DNA of 64,000 nucleotides from Bacilli bacterium (lineage in GTDB: Bacteria > Bacillota_I > Bacilli_A > ML615J-28 > CAG-698). The DNA is taken from positions 6,648 through 70,647 of the forward strand of contig JBFXJT010000007.1 of NCBI GenBank assembly GCA_050174575.1, read 5' to 3'. The stretch's first letter is position 1. Every line of letters starts with the position of its first letter. Position numbers and translations under genes: made by a program. Below are positions 1-9,837 of this stretch, one piece after another. Under the pieces are notes generated by a model, which was not told the origin of the DNA, did not search any database, and worked only from the letters and a program-made list of their open reading frames with translations.

Positions 1-1048
1 TTTGAAAATCAAAAACATCAATACCAAGACTAATAGAAATGGTAAACGGTAATTGATTTGCTTTATTAAAATTATCAATGTTGGTTAATAGTCTATTTTG
101 AAAAATCGATATATCTTCCTTCAAAGATAAATCAAAAAAGACAGCAAACTCATCTCCCCCAATCCTTGCCAATAAATCATTTCTACGGAAACTTTGTCGT
201 AAAATATTCCCCATTTCCCGTAAAATAAAATCCCCCATTAAGTGACCATATTTATCATTTATTTGTTTAAAATTATCCAAATCAAACATCAATCCAGCAA
301 GTTTTCGATGACGGTAGTTATTTTTATTTATCGAAGATAAATAGTTCTCGAATTCACGTTTATTGTATAAACCTGTTAGATAATCAGTGATAACACTCTC
401 TGATTGAACAAACAAAAAGACCATTAAAATTGATAAAGCAATTGTTTGCCAAGTTAATAATACCCCATAAACAAGGATTTGGAGCACCCCTCCAATAATT
501 GGTGGAATACTAAATAAAAGCATGGGGATAAAATTTGATTTGCGAATTTGTTTTCGTTTTGCCAATGTGACAATCAAACTAATTATTAAATAAAAATACG
601 AAATAAAGGCATATATGATGAAAAATTTCCCTCGATGGTAAACATTATTGCTATCAATATAAAAAATCGAATTTCCAAACAAACTATAGAATGATAAAAT
701 CATATTGATAAATAAGGGTATAAAATAAATTAGATGTCTCTTTTTAAATTTAATTGGTTTCTTATTGATAAAAACATTAACAAAATGGAACCATAACAAT
801 CCGATTGTTGGAGCAACTGAAAAACTTATGATTTGAAAACTATAATTTAAAATAAAAAATAAGAGCCCCGGTTGTCCATCAAGCAAATAATTGCTTGCAT
901 CTAAAATCATTAAAAAGATGTCAATGAGAATAATTGATTTTAAGATTTTATTTACTGTTTGATAAGATTCTTTATGATGATTTAAGCTAATAAGGACGAT
1001 GATCATAATGATAATGCTATAAATGTTTGCTTGCAGTGAATAAATCAT
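1..1048 (-). CDS. membrane-anchored GGDEF diguanylate cyclase (3' end beyond window)
   Basis: Absent from the ORF track because it is open at position 1. My translation starts at ATG 1048, with AGGAG upstream. It gives MIYSLQANI..., several hydrophobic segments, then ...YLTGLYNKREFE...MFDLDNFKQINDKYGHLMGD...LLARIGGDEFAVFFDL...FTISLGIDVFDFQ at the window edge. Confidence 0.8.
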   Translation of the reverse strand, partial: MIYSLQANIYSIIIMIIVLISLNHHKESYQTVNKILKSIILIDIFLMILDASNYLLDGQPGLLFFILNYSFQIISFSVAPTIGLLWFHFVNVFINKKPIKFKKRHLIYFIPLFINMILSFYSLFGNSIFYIDSNNVYHRGKFFIIYAFISYFYLIISLIVTLAKRKQIRKSNFIPMLLFSIPPIIGGVLQILVYGVLLTWQTIALSILMVFLFVQSESVITDYLTGLYNKREFENYLSSINKNNYRHRKLAGLMFDLDNFKQINDKYGHLMGDFILREMGNILRQSFRRNDLLARIGGDEFAVFFDLSLKEDISIFQNRLLTNIDNFNKANQLPFTISISLGIDVFDFQ

Positions 1049-1125
1049 TTAATCACTCCTTTCTAACTAAGTTATGTTTATTATAACACAATTTTATTAA
1101 ATGTTATAAATATTTAAAAGACAAA

Positions 1126-3408
1126 TCAAAGTAAATCCGCAATTACCCATAAAAATTTTGCTGTAGTATGGCCCCATACTTCTTTATAAACAGCATTATT
1201 TACCACTGGCCAAAATGGCATATCAAAAGATCCTTTTGTTTCAATCCCCACAGGCAATGAACCAATGAGTTGTTGTGAAAAAGCGACGTACAACGGATGA
1301 TAATTATGTCCTTCCCCATATTGAGTCGATGAAGCAAACGGATTTTTCCCTAAAATCCATTCGATTTGGTTAAAGGCGACTTGTTTTAAAATGGGGTCTT
1401 TAAAAAACGATCCAATGGAACTTGCTGCTTTTGCTTTACTTAATAGCGTTGCATGAAAACCGCGTCTTTGGATAGCAATTGGAAATCTTCTTAAAAAGAC
1501 ATTTTTATCAAGACTAATTCCTTCTTTAATCTGTTCATCTAATTGGTTTTTGTAAAAATCAAGAGGCTCACGGCTTGGGATTGTAAAACGGTCCAAATTG
1601 ATTTTATCTGTTTCATAAATATGGGCGGGTAACAGCCCATAAGGAGCTATAACATCTTTTGTTTGCATGATGTATTCTTGATACAATGTCAATGCTTGTT
1701 TCCATTTTTCATAGTTTGGATGGTTTGGAGCAACTTCCATCAGCTTGACAATTCCTGTAATTGGTGATTGTTCATGTCCACGATGTTCATAAGTTAAATA
1801 TGTCTTATGGCTTGGATCTTCATAGAAAAAACCTCTAATGGGCTTTTCCCAAGTCGGATAACTGATTTGTTGACATGCCATTACTTCATCAGCATATTGG
1901 ATGGAAGTTTCCAGATATTGTTCTTCTTTGGTAATTTCATATAATTGACTGGCAGCTAAAACAAGCGCCCCGCTAACTTGCGCAATTGGTCCCTTCCCCC
2001 ATCGCTTTGTATAAAGACCTTGTTTTAAACCTTCTAGACCAAAAGTAAAATCAGCTTTCGCAATTCTTAAACAATAATGTGCAAAAATATCATCGTTGTT
2101 TTGAAAAGCTTTGGCACAAGCAGATAATGCCATTGAAGCTAGAAAATTTTCAAATGGACCGTTTTCTGCAATATTTTTGATTGATGACGCAGAATCTAAT
2201 TTCAATAAATCACTTGATTTCATTTGATTACTTGTCCAAATGGAATACAGCACGGCTAAAGCTCGGTAACCATCACCAAAATGTGTTTTAAGTAGCCACT
2301 GTGCTCCCCATTTAGCTTCATCTAAAAGTCTCTTTGCAAGTTCATCATCATAATTCACAACCTTCTCATAACAGTCAATAAGTGAATGGCATATTTCAGC
2401 TGTACAGATGGCAAATTGAGATACATCTCCTGCATCATGCCAACCTCCGTGATCACTTACAAGTCGACCATCAATTGGATGGATTGTATGATGAACTAAG
2501 TGGCAGGGGCTATGAACGCCTAATACTTCGCAACCACAACGTAAGCTATGCAAAAAATCAACACTTTTAGAAATGACGTTTCGATAAGGAAAAGAAGAAA
2601 TCTCAAAGAGAGGTGTTTTCTGTTTGCCAATTTGTAATCGAAAAAGACCTGATTGTGTCCATTTAGAAAAATCCATTTCCCAAAATTCACCGTAATCATT
2701 GGTGATTTGGTGCAGTTTATCTTGAAAAACAAACTCATTTTGTTCGTTTAATAGTGAAAAATGGTCTTGATCGGTATTGCCTATAAGCGCCTTTTTTTCC
2801 GAATCAGTAAAATAACCACTATGGCAATAGGCGATTCTATCCTTTAAATGCCAACCAAAATCATCATCAGGTTCGACTTCTTCTAAAACAAGATTACTAA
2901 AATAAAATAAAACTTCCGGAATTGCTTCAGGTGGACATCCCATCAGCAGGGGTCCCATGCTAACTCTAATGATATCTTCGCGATTAAAGTTAGGCATCTC
3001 AAAAAAAACATGATTCCAAACATTAGGAATTAAGCTTGGCGCATGAACAATATTTTGATTAGCAGCATTTGTAATTGATGCATGAAAATAAAAATTTATA
3101 AATCCTTCGGCCCTCGGAAATACCCAAACCGACAAACGGTTAAATTCCTGCCAGTTTTCATGATTAATCGCTATCGAAAAACTACAAGAAGGGCGAGGAC
3201 GAATATCTTGAATATCTGTATTTGCTTTAATTAGCAAACTTGTTGACCCTTGATTTTCTTGGACAATTTCTTTTGAATAATTAATTTCTCCACTACCATT
3301 AAAAGAGGCATGTCGCATCGTATCACAATCATAGATGACTTTTGATTTAATGACCTTTTTTTGTTCCCAGCGCCAAGTAGCACTGTTTTTGTCTACACGA
3401 TTATTCAT
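1126..3408 (-). CDS. GH9-like glycoside hydrolase, cytoplasmic, with long N-terminal beta-rich extension
   Basis: 760 aa with no signal peptide. GGWHDAGD matches the GH9 DAGD catalytic Asp pair. The C-terminal ...VYKEVWGHTTAKF offers a candidate acid Glu. The assignment rests on motif memory only. Confidence 0.5.
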   Translation of the reverse strand: MNNRVDKNSATWRWEQKKVIKSKVIYDCDTMRHASFNGSGEINYSKEIVQENQGSTSLLIKANTDIQDIRPRPSCSFSIAINHENWQEFNRLSVWVFPRAEGFINFYFHASITNAANQNIVHAPSLIPNVWNHVFFEMPNFNREDIIRVSMGPLLMGCPPEAIPEVLFYFSNLVLEEVEPDDDFGWHLKDRIAYCHSGYFTDSEKKALIGNTDQDHFSLLNEQNEFVFQDKLHQITNDYGEFWEMDFSKWTQSGLFRLQIGKQKTPLFEISSFPYRNVISKSVDFLHSLRCGCEVLGVHSPCHLVHHTIHPIDGRLVSDHGGWHDAGDVSQFAICTAEICHSLIDCYEKVVNYDDELAKRLLDEAKWGAQWLLKTHFGDGYRALAVLYSIWTSNQMKSSDLLKLDSASSIKNIAENGPFENFLASMALSACAKAFQNNDDIFAHYCLRIAKADFTFGLEGLKQGLYTKRWGKGPIAQVSGALVLAASQLYEITKEEQYLETSIQYADEVMACQQISYPTWEKPIRGFFYEDPSHKTYLTYEHRGHEQSPITGIVKLMEVAPNHPNYEKWKQALTLYQEYIMQTKDVIAPYGLLPAHIYETDKINLDRFTIPSREPLDFYKNQLDEQIKEGISLDKNVFLRRFPIAIQRRGFHATLLSKAKAASSIGSFFKDPILKQVAFNQIEWILGKNPFASSTQYGEGHNYHPLYVAFSQQLIGSLPVGIETKGSFDMPFWPVVNNAVYKEVWGHTTAKFLWVIADLL

Positions 3409-3591
3409 ATTTCTTCTTCTTTCCTTTGATAATCTAATTATACATAAACTTTTAATTTAAATAAATGATTTCTTTTATGTAATGATGAATCTTGCTTTGT
3501 TTGACTATATTTCGTCTATAATTTGGTCTGTAATCGCTTTTGGATAATCATCTAATAAGAATAAGTAAAATTAAATAAGTTATCTTAAAAG

Positions 3592-3621
3592 AAAAAACGA
3601 ATCAACAGCATTGATTCGTTT
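3592..3621 (-). terminator. intrinsic terminator after the GH13 gene
   Basis: Minus strand reads AAACGAATCAA-TGCTG-TTGATTCGTTT followed by TTTTC. The 11-bp stem touches the stop codon. Confidence 0.7.
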
Positions 3622-5477
3622 TACTTCAATTTAATTATTTTTGCCGATTTTCTAGGAACATTGATTTTTTTTACAATCCAAATGTCATCAATCAAATCAA
3701 AACCTTCATTCAATTGATATTGAATTTCATGATTATTGTTGTTAATTATCGTTAATATTTTATCATTTCCCTTGCTTCTTGAGAAAGCAAAGATGTTGTT
3801 GGCTGTCGATTCTTCACAGTAATTACCATCAACAAAAATGGGATCTTTTCTAATAGCACCTAGTTTTTGATACCAACTTAAGATCTCTTGATTAATATTA
3901 TCCCAGTTGATTGTTTTACGGCAGAAAGGATCTCTGAACCCTTCAAGACCTGTTTCATCGCCATAAAAAATGGAAGGAACACCAGGGAGAGTAAACTGGA
4001 TGGCTGTTGCCATTTTCAATTTCATGATGGCATTGGAATAATCATTTTGATTCATATAATAATAGGCTTGCTCTTCTTTTGATAAATGGTCACCGTTTAC
4101 AAAAGCAAAATTAGTTAATAAACGAACTGTATCATGGGTTCCCAAATGGTTCATTAAACAATCCACTACTTGCTTAGGATAATTATTGATAAGATGACGT
4201 ATTTGAATAACCAACCCTGTTAAATTGTCATGGTTTAAAAAGTCGATAATTGCATTTTTTAAGGGGTAATTCATGACACTATCCATTTGTCTTCCCAATA
4301 AATATTTTCTTCTTTGGTCATAAGCCAATTTTGTGGATGCATCCTCCCAAACTTCACCGATTACAATGTTTTCAGGATTGTTTTTTTTCACTGAATTATA
4401 AATTTTCTCTAAGAAAGCATTATTTAGTTCATCAACAACATCTAGTCGAACACCTTTTGCTCCTTTCGTTAACCATTTATCTAAAACACCATATTTCCCA
4501 GTAATAAATTGTTGAAAATTGGGATCTTCTTGATTAACAGCTGGAAGTGTCTTAAAGCCCCACCAACAAATATATTGGTTTGGCCAATTAGTAAATTTAT
4601 ACCAACTGTAATATTTTGATGAACGTGACTGATAAGCACCAAGTTCTTGGTAATGGTTGTATTTGTTAAAATAAAGACTATCATCACCTGTATGATTAAA
4701 AACACCATCAAAAATAACTGAGATACCTTTTTCTTGGGCTTTTTGACACAATAATTGAAAGTCTTCTTCTGTTCCAAACATGGAATCAATCTTTCGGTAA
4801 TCACTTGTATCATACTTATGATTTGAAAAAGCTTCAAAAATCGGATTAAGATAAATAATGCCAACATTTAGTGATTCTAAATAGTCTAATTTGTCAATAA
4901 TACCTTGTAAATTACCACCAAAAAAATCATTATTTAAAACTGATCCATTAACAGGTTGATAATTGGGAACATCAAGCCAATTTTCATGCAATAGGGTACC
5001 AGTTTTGGGTGTCGTTTGTCCATGTTTATAAAAGCGGTCCACCATTATTTGGTACATTATTTTCCCTTTAAACCAGTTAAGATTACCAATTAGTTCTTGA
5101 TAAACTAACAATTGCCAAGATGTTGGATAATAATCCGTTAAAACACCATCCAAATCCCGATTTGAACCAATAAAATGTGTTCCATATGTGTCACTAAATT
5201 GAAAATAATACCAGTATAAACCAACTTGTGGCAACGAAAAAGAAACCGAATAAGCTTGATAGTTATTTTCGATTTGTTTTTTGACCAATCCTAATCGTTT
5301 TATTTCTTGATTCTTATCATCTTTGATAACCAAATCTAAATGGAACAGTTGATAGGCTTCTACGATATAAATAGTGATAATTACATTATCACTGATAATT
5401 ACATTATCACTATTTTTGATTGCCCCTTGAGGTGATTTAAAATGTTCAAAGAAAGGGTTGAATAAAATATTTTTCAT
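3621..5477 (-). CDS. GH13 alpha-amylase family enzyme (neopullulanase/cyclomaltodextrinase-like)
   Basis: 618 aa. Conserved regions are DGVFNHTG (I), GVRLDVVDE (II), IGEVWED (III) and NHLGTHDTVR (IV), plus MYQIMVDRF at the barrel start. Its ATG overlaps the glgP stop (ATGA). Confidence 0.85.
   Translation of the reverse strand: MKNILFNPFFEHFKSPQGAIKNSDNVIISDNVIITIYIVEAYQLFHLDLVIKDDKNQEIKRLGLVKKQIENNYQAYSVSFSLPQVGLYWYYFQFSDTYGTHFIGSNRDLDGVLTDYYPTSWQLLVYQELIGNLNWFKGKIMYQIMVDRFYKHGQTTPKTGTLLHENWLDVPNYQPVNGSVLNNDFFGGNLQGIIDKLDYLESLNVGIIYLNPIFEAFSNHKYDTSDYRKIDSMFGTEEDFQLLCQKAQEKGISVIFDGVFNHTGDDSLYFNKYNHYQELGAYQSRSSKYYSWYKFTNWPNQYICWWGFKTLPAVNQEDPNFQQFITGKYGVLDKWLTKGAKGVRLDVVDELNNAFLEKIYNSVKKNNPENIVIGEVWEDASTKLAYDQRRKYLLGRQMDSVMNYPLKNAIIDFLNHDNLTGLVIQIRHLINNYPKQVVDCLMNHLGTHDTVRLLTNFAFVNGDHLSKEEQAYYYMNQNDYSNAIMKLKMATAIQFTLPGVPSIFYGDETGLEGFRDPFCRKTINWDNINQEILSWYQKLGAIRKDPIFVDGNYCEESTANNIFAFSRSKGNDKILTIINNNNHEIQYQLNEGFDLIDDIWIVKKINVPRKSAKIIKLK
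5375..5410 (-). repeat. perfect in-frame 18-bp tandem duplication inside the GH13 gene
   Basis: tgataattacattatcac occurs twice back to back (5375-5392 and 5393-5410). It encodes SDNVII-SDNVII near the N-terminus. Confidence 0.95.
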
Positions 5478-7885
5478 TTTTTAAAAGACCTTAAATGCCA
5501 AATATTTTTTACATATTCATCAATACTTCGATCCGCAGAAAAGATACCTGCATTTGCAATATTGACCAAAGCCATTTGTTGCCATAATCGACGGTTTTTA
5601 TAGACTTGATCTAAATAATGATATTCCTTCATGTAGGAGTCAAAATCTGCTAAACACATATAAGGATCGGAAACAGGGAAATTATTTAATAAATAACGAG
5701 TAATGTTGTCAAAAGTCTTTCCATTGAAGCCACGGTTAAGTCGATTGATGACTTTTTTTATTAATGGATTGTTTTCATAATACATTGAGGGATTATATCC
5801 TTTTTTCCAAAGATTATTAACTTCTTCGGCGCTCATCCCAAATAAGAAAATATTATCTTTACCAACTGCTTCCGTAATTTCTACATTGGCTCCATCAAAA
5901 GTACCGAATGTTAAAGCACCATTAATCATGAATTTCATATTTCCCGTTCCACTAGCTTCTTTGCCAGCTAACGATATTTGTTCACTAATATCGCTAGCAG
6001 GTATAATTTTTTCAGCCATGGTAACATTGTAATTTTCAACAAAAACAACATTTAACTTCTCACGAATCAGTTGATTTTTATTAATGTCTTGAGAAATTGC
6101 ACAGATTAACTCGATAATTTCTTTCGCAACAAAATATCCCGGTGCAGCTTTTGCACCAAAAATATAAGTTTGTGGAGTAACATCTGCGTGAGGGTTTTCT
6201 TCTAATTCGATTAATAAAGCAACAATTTTAAGTGCATTTAACAATTGTCTTTTATATTCATGGAGACGTTTTATTTGCACATCAAATCTTGTTTTCGGAT
6301 TGATATTGATGCCTGTTTGTTTAAACAAATATTTCGCAAATTCAACTTTATTGTAGTTTTTTATCAATTCAAGTTGTTTTAATGTCTCATCATCTTCTTT
6401 AAAAGTTAATAACTGACGAAGTTCACTTGCATCGGTTAAATAGCCTTTTCCGATTGTTCGGTCCAACAATTCAACAAGTTTTGGGTTTGCTTGATAAAGC
6501 CAGCGGCGGTAAGCAATTCCATTGGTCACATTGGTAAATTTTTCTGGCCAAATTTGTGCAAAACCTTTAAATAAGTCATTTTTAATAATATCACTGTGTA
6601 ATTTGGAAACACCGTTAACTTTATGAGAAGCAATGACTGATAAATTAGCCATTCTTATTTGGCCTTGATGGATAATTGCTAAGTTGGCGATTTGTTGTTC
6701 GGACAATTGCCACTTTTCGCATGTCTTCACAAAAAGATTATTTATTTGCTTTAAGATAATATAAATCCTTGGCAATAATTTTTGAATTAATTCTTCGGAC
6801 CATTTTTCTAGTGCTTCTGCCATGACGGTATGATTGGTATAGCTGATGGTTGTTTGCACGATTCCCCAACTTTCTTCAAAACTTAAATCATATTCATCAA
6901 TTAAAATACGCATTAATTCCGGAATACATAAAGCTGGATGAGTATCGTTGATGTGAATAGCCACATACTTAGGAAGACTATGGATATCGCCATAATAACG
7001 AAGATGATCGGCAATAATGTTTTGCATTGAAGCACTTACTAAAAAATACTGTTGTTTTACACGGAGAGCTTTACCTTCATAATGATCATCCGAAGGATAA
7101 AGTACTTTAGATATTAAATCAGCTTCATTGTATTCTTTCATGGCTTCCATATAATCGCCTTGGGAAAACAATTTTAAATTGAAATCTTGAATATTTCGAC
7201 TACGCCATAATCGAAGGACACTGATGGCTTCACTATTAGCACCCGAAACCATCATATCGTAAGGAACAGCTTCAATCGCTTTATAGTTTAGGTAATCATA
7301 TATGATTTTATCGCCAACATGTTTTTCGATTACTTCACCATTAAACTTAACTTGGTAAACTTTGTCTCCGCGAAGCGTTAACCAAACTTCACCACCTGGT
7401 AACCAAACATCCGGTAATTCTGTTTGCCAACCATTGACTATTTTTTGTTTAAACAAACCATATTCATAACGGATGGAAAACCCCATGGCTGGATAGGCTT
7501 GTGAAGCTAAAGCGTCTAAGTAACAAGCGCCTAATCGCCCTAATCCACCATTGCCTAAACCGGCATCCGGTTCATGCTCATATAAATCTTCCAAAGTAAA
7601 CCCAATGCTCTCAAGGATGCTAGAAAACTCGTTAACTAATCCAAGATTATATAAATTATTTTTAAAAGAACGACCCATGAGAAATTCCATGCATAGATAA
7701 TAAACACGTTTCCCTTGGTTTTCTTTTACAATATTATTATAAACCTTGCGTTTTTTGCGAAGAATATCATTGATAGTTACCGCTGAAGCTTTATATAATT
7801 GTTCAATATTGGCATCAGCAAGGGCAACTCCGTACATTTTGGATAAATTGTCTTCAATGATATCTCTTAATTCCATTTTATTCAT
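5474..7885 (-). CDS. glgP: glycogen/maltodextrin phosphorylase
   Basis: 803 aa. Carries the PLP-lysine signature EASGTGNMKFMINGA and shows full-length alpha-glucan phosphorylase similarity. Confidence 0.95.
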   Translation of the reverse strand: MNKMELRDIIEDNLSKMYGVALADANIEQLYKASAVTINDILRKKRKVYNNIVKENQGKRVYYLCMEFLMGRSFKNNLYNLGLVNEFSSILESIGFTLEDLYEHEPDAGLGNGGLGRLGACYLDALASQAYPAMGFSIRYEYGLFKQKIVNGWQTELPDVWLPGGEVWLTLRGDKVYQVKFNGEVIEKHVGDKIIYDYLNYKAIEAVPYDMMVSGANSEAISVLRLWRSRNIQDFNLKLFSQGDYMEAMKEYNEADLISKVLYPSDDHYEGKALRVKQQYFLVSASMQNIIADHLRYYGDIHSLPKYVAIHINDTHPALCIPELMRILIDEYDLSFEESWGIVQTTISYTNHTVMAEALEKWSEELIQKLLPRIYIILKQINNLFVKTCEKWQLSEQQIANLAIIHQGQIRMANLSVIASHKVNGVSKLHSDIIKNDLFKGFAQIWPEKFTNVTNGIAYRRWLYQANPKLVELLDRTIGKGYLTDASELRQLLTFKEDDETLKQLELIKNYNKVEFAKYLFKQTGININPKTRFDVQIKRLHEYKRQLLNALKIVALLIELEENPHADVTPQTYIFGAKAAPGYFVAKEIIELICAISQDINKNQLIREKLNVVFVENYNVTMAEKIIPASDISEQISLAGKEASGTGNMKFMINGALTFGTFDGANVEITEAVGKDNIFLFGMSAEEVNNLWKKGYNPSMYYENNPLIKKVINRLNRGFNGKTFDNITRYLLNNFPVSDPYMCLADFDSYMKEYHYLDQVYKNRRLWQQMALVNIANAGIFSADRSIDEYVKNIWHLRSFKK

Positions 7886-7911
7886 ACTAAACTCCTTTGG
7901 AAAAAGTATCC

Positions 7912-9375
7912 TTATCGACGGTATACTTTAACCCAATAATTAATTTTGGTGGCTAATTTTTCTGTTGTGGCCTGTTTTTGCATTCGCCATATCCAATTAC
8001 CACCTAAAAATGAAGGACGATTGATGCGGGCTTCTTCTTTTAATCCTAAATAATCTTGCATCGGAATAATCGCAATATCACATACAGATTTCAGGCATTC
8101 CAATATTGCTGCAAATCCAGCATCTTTTCGATTCTTTATATGCATATAGTCCATTAAATACTGATAATCTTCAGGTTTTAAACTATCAATCCAAGCTTCA
8201 ATCGGTAAATTATCATGTGTTCCTGTATAAACGATTGCATTTTTAGTTAAATTGTGAGGTGAGTACTCACTATCACCATGAGCATCAAAGCCAAATTGGA
8301 AGATTTTCATTCCTGGATATCCACAGTCATGTAGGAGCTGATAAACTTCTTCGGTTAGAAAACCTAAGTCTTCCGCAATGATATGAACTTCCCCTAAAGC
8401 TTCTTTGACTTTAGAAAACAACTTCATACCCGGACCTTTTATCCATTTGCCATTTTCTGCTGTTTTGTCAACAAATGGAACAGAATAATAAGCTTCAAAC
8501 CCACGGAAATGGTCGATTCTAACAACATCAAATAGTTTTAAACTTTCTTTAATCCGTTTGATCCACCATGCAAAACCTTCTTTTTCCATTAAAGCATAAT
8601 TATATAAGGGATTGCCCCATAGTTGACCAGTTGTTGCGAAATGATCTGGTGGAACTCCCGCAACGCTTACGGGATTAAGTTCAGAATCGAGTTGCCAATA
8701 TTCGGGAGTTGCCCAAACATCACTTGAATCATATGCCACATAAATCGGCATGTCACCAATAATTTGGATTCCATTTTCATTGGCATAAATTTTTAAAACT
8801 TGCCATTGTTCAAAAAATTTAAATTGAATAAATTCCCAAAAAGCAATATCATCTTTGTGCTTTGTACAAAATTCATTTAAAGCCTTTTTTTCTCTTGTTT
8901 TCAATTCAACCGGCCAAGAGCTCCAATTACCTTCTGGCGCATTATCTTTGATTGCCATAAACAAAGCATAATCATTAAGCCAATTGGCATTTTCCAAAAT
9001 AAATTGTTGATAATTCTCGTTTTGTACAAAACGTTTAAATGCTTTTTTCAATATTGGGAAGCGATGTTGATATTGAAAGGCAAAATCGACGGCATTTGTT
9101 TGCTTGGATTTTAAAGCTTGTATTTCGCTTTTTTTAAGCAATTGTTCTTTAACCAATATTTCAAGATTAATAAAATAGGGATTTCCAGCAAAAGCGGAAA
9201 AGGTTTGGTATGGAGAATCTCCATATGAAGTTGGACCTAGTGGTAAAACTTGCCAATATTTTTGCCCAGCTTTTTTTAAGAAATCAACATATTGATAAGC
9301 TTCTCTTCCAAATGTTCCAATGCCATAAGCATTGGGTAAAGAAGAGATATGCATTAAAATGCCACTACCTCGCAT
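7912..9375 (-). CDS. malQ: 4-alpha-glucanotransferase (amylomaltase, GH77)
   Basis: 487 aa. Typical N-terminus MRGSGILMHISSLPNAYGIGTFG, plus ...VRIDHFRGF... and ...YTGTHDN... Confidence 0.95.
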   Translation of the reverse strand: MRGSGILMHISSLPNAYGIGTFGREAYQYVDFLKKAGQKYWQVLPLGPTSYGDSPYQTFSAFAGNPYFINLEILVKEQLLKKSEIQALKSKQTNAVDFAFQYQHRFPILKKAFKRFVQNENYQQFILENANWLNDYALFMAIKDNAPEGNWSSWPVELKTREKKALNEFCTKHKDDIAFWEFIQFKFFEQWQVLKIYANENGIQIIGDMPIYVAYDSSDVWATPEYWQLDSELNPVSVAGVPPDHFATTGQLWGNPLYNYALMEKEGFAWWIKRIKESLKLFDVVRIDHFRGFEAYYSVPFVDKTAENGKWIKGPGMKLFSKVKEALGEVHIIAEDLGFLTEEVYQLLHDCGYPGMKIFQFGFDAHGDSEYSPHNLTKNAIVYTGTHDNLPIEAWIDSLKPEDYQYLMDYMHIKNRKDAGFAAILECLKSVCDIAIIPMQDYLGLKEEARINRPSFLGGNWIWRMQKQATTEKLATKINYWVKVYRR

Positions 9376-9495
9376 AATATTTTTCCTCCTGTACTTCTAC
9401 AACGATTGCCTCATATGGTTAAAATGATATATTTTTTTGAAATGGTGAATTTTATCTTTGTTCTATTTTTTTAATTATACTAAATTTTAAAGATT

Positions 9496-9519
9496 AAAAA
9501 AGACGATTACTCGCCTTTT
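9496..9519 (-). terminator. intrinsic terminator after the small membrane protein gene
   Basis: Minus strand reads AAAAGGCGA-GTAA-TCGTCTTTT followed by TTAATC. The 9-bp stem includes one G-U pair. Confidence 0.55.
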
Positions 9520-9524
9520 ATTAA

Positions 9525-9776
9525 TTATTGTTTTTTTGTAAGACTTCGAGTGATTCGTAATGCAAATAAAATGATGATGCCAAAGAAACCAATAGCTCCT
9601 GGGATAAGAATAACTTCGAGTCCATCTAAAACAGCCTGTAATCCGAGCAATAAAGATATAAAAGCAAAAATTGCTAGAAAAATACAAAACGCTCCACCAA
9701 TTAAAGCTAGCATATCTATAATAATATTAAACTTACTTTCAAACCAATCCAAAAAACGATTAAATTTATTTTTCAT
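9525..9776 (-). CDS. small two-TM membrane protein, unknown function
   Basis: The ORF track gives 88 aa. I prefer the second ATG (9776, MKNKFNRFLDWF) because AAAGGA lies 6 nt upstream. Two hydrophobic helices. Several overlapping frames in the track are shadow ORFs. Confidence 0.4.
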   Translation of the reverse strand: MKNKFNRFLDWFESKFNIIIDMLALIGGAFCIFLAIFAFISLLLGLQAVLDGLEVILIPGAIGFFGIIILFALRITRSLTKKQ

Positions 9777-9837
9777 CTTATGTCCTTTCATGAACTTGAT
9801 TGATTATATCTTTTTTAAAACCTTTTTACAAGTTATT

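Noticed and set aside
3001-3008. Homopolymer runs of 7-8 A/T inside coding regions (also near 4381, 29553 and 57772) as phase-variation tracts
   Set aside because: Their lengths are ordinary for an AT-rich genome. They are not at the 5' ends of surface-protein genes, so there is no evidence of slippage.
3529-3542. cre-like sequence TGTAATCGCTTTTG upstream of the GH9-like gene
   Set aside because: Only the left half-site fits the CcpA consensus TGWAANCGNTNWCA. The right half has two mismatches at conserved positions, which is too weak to call.
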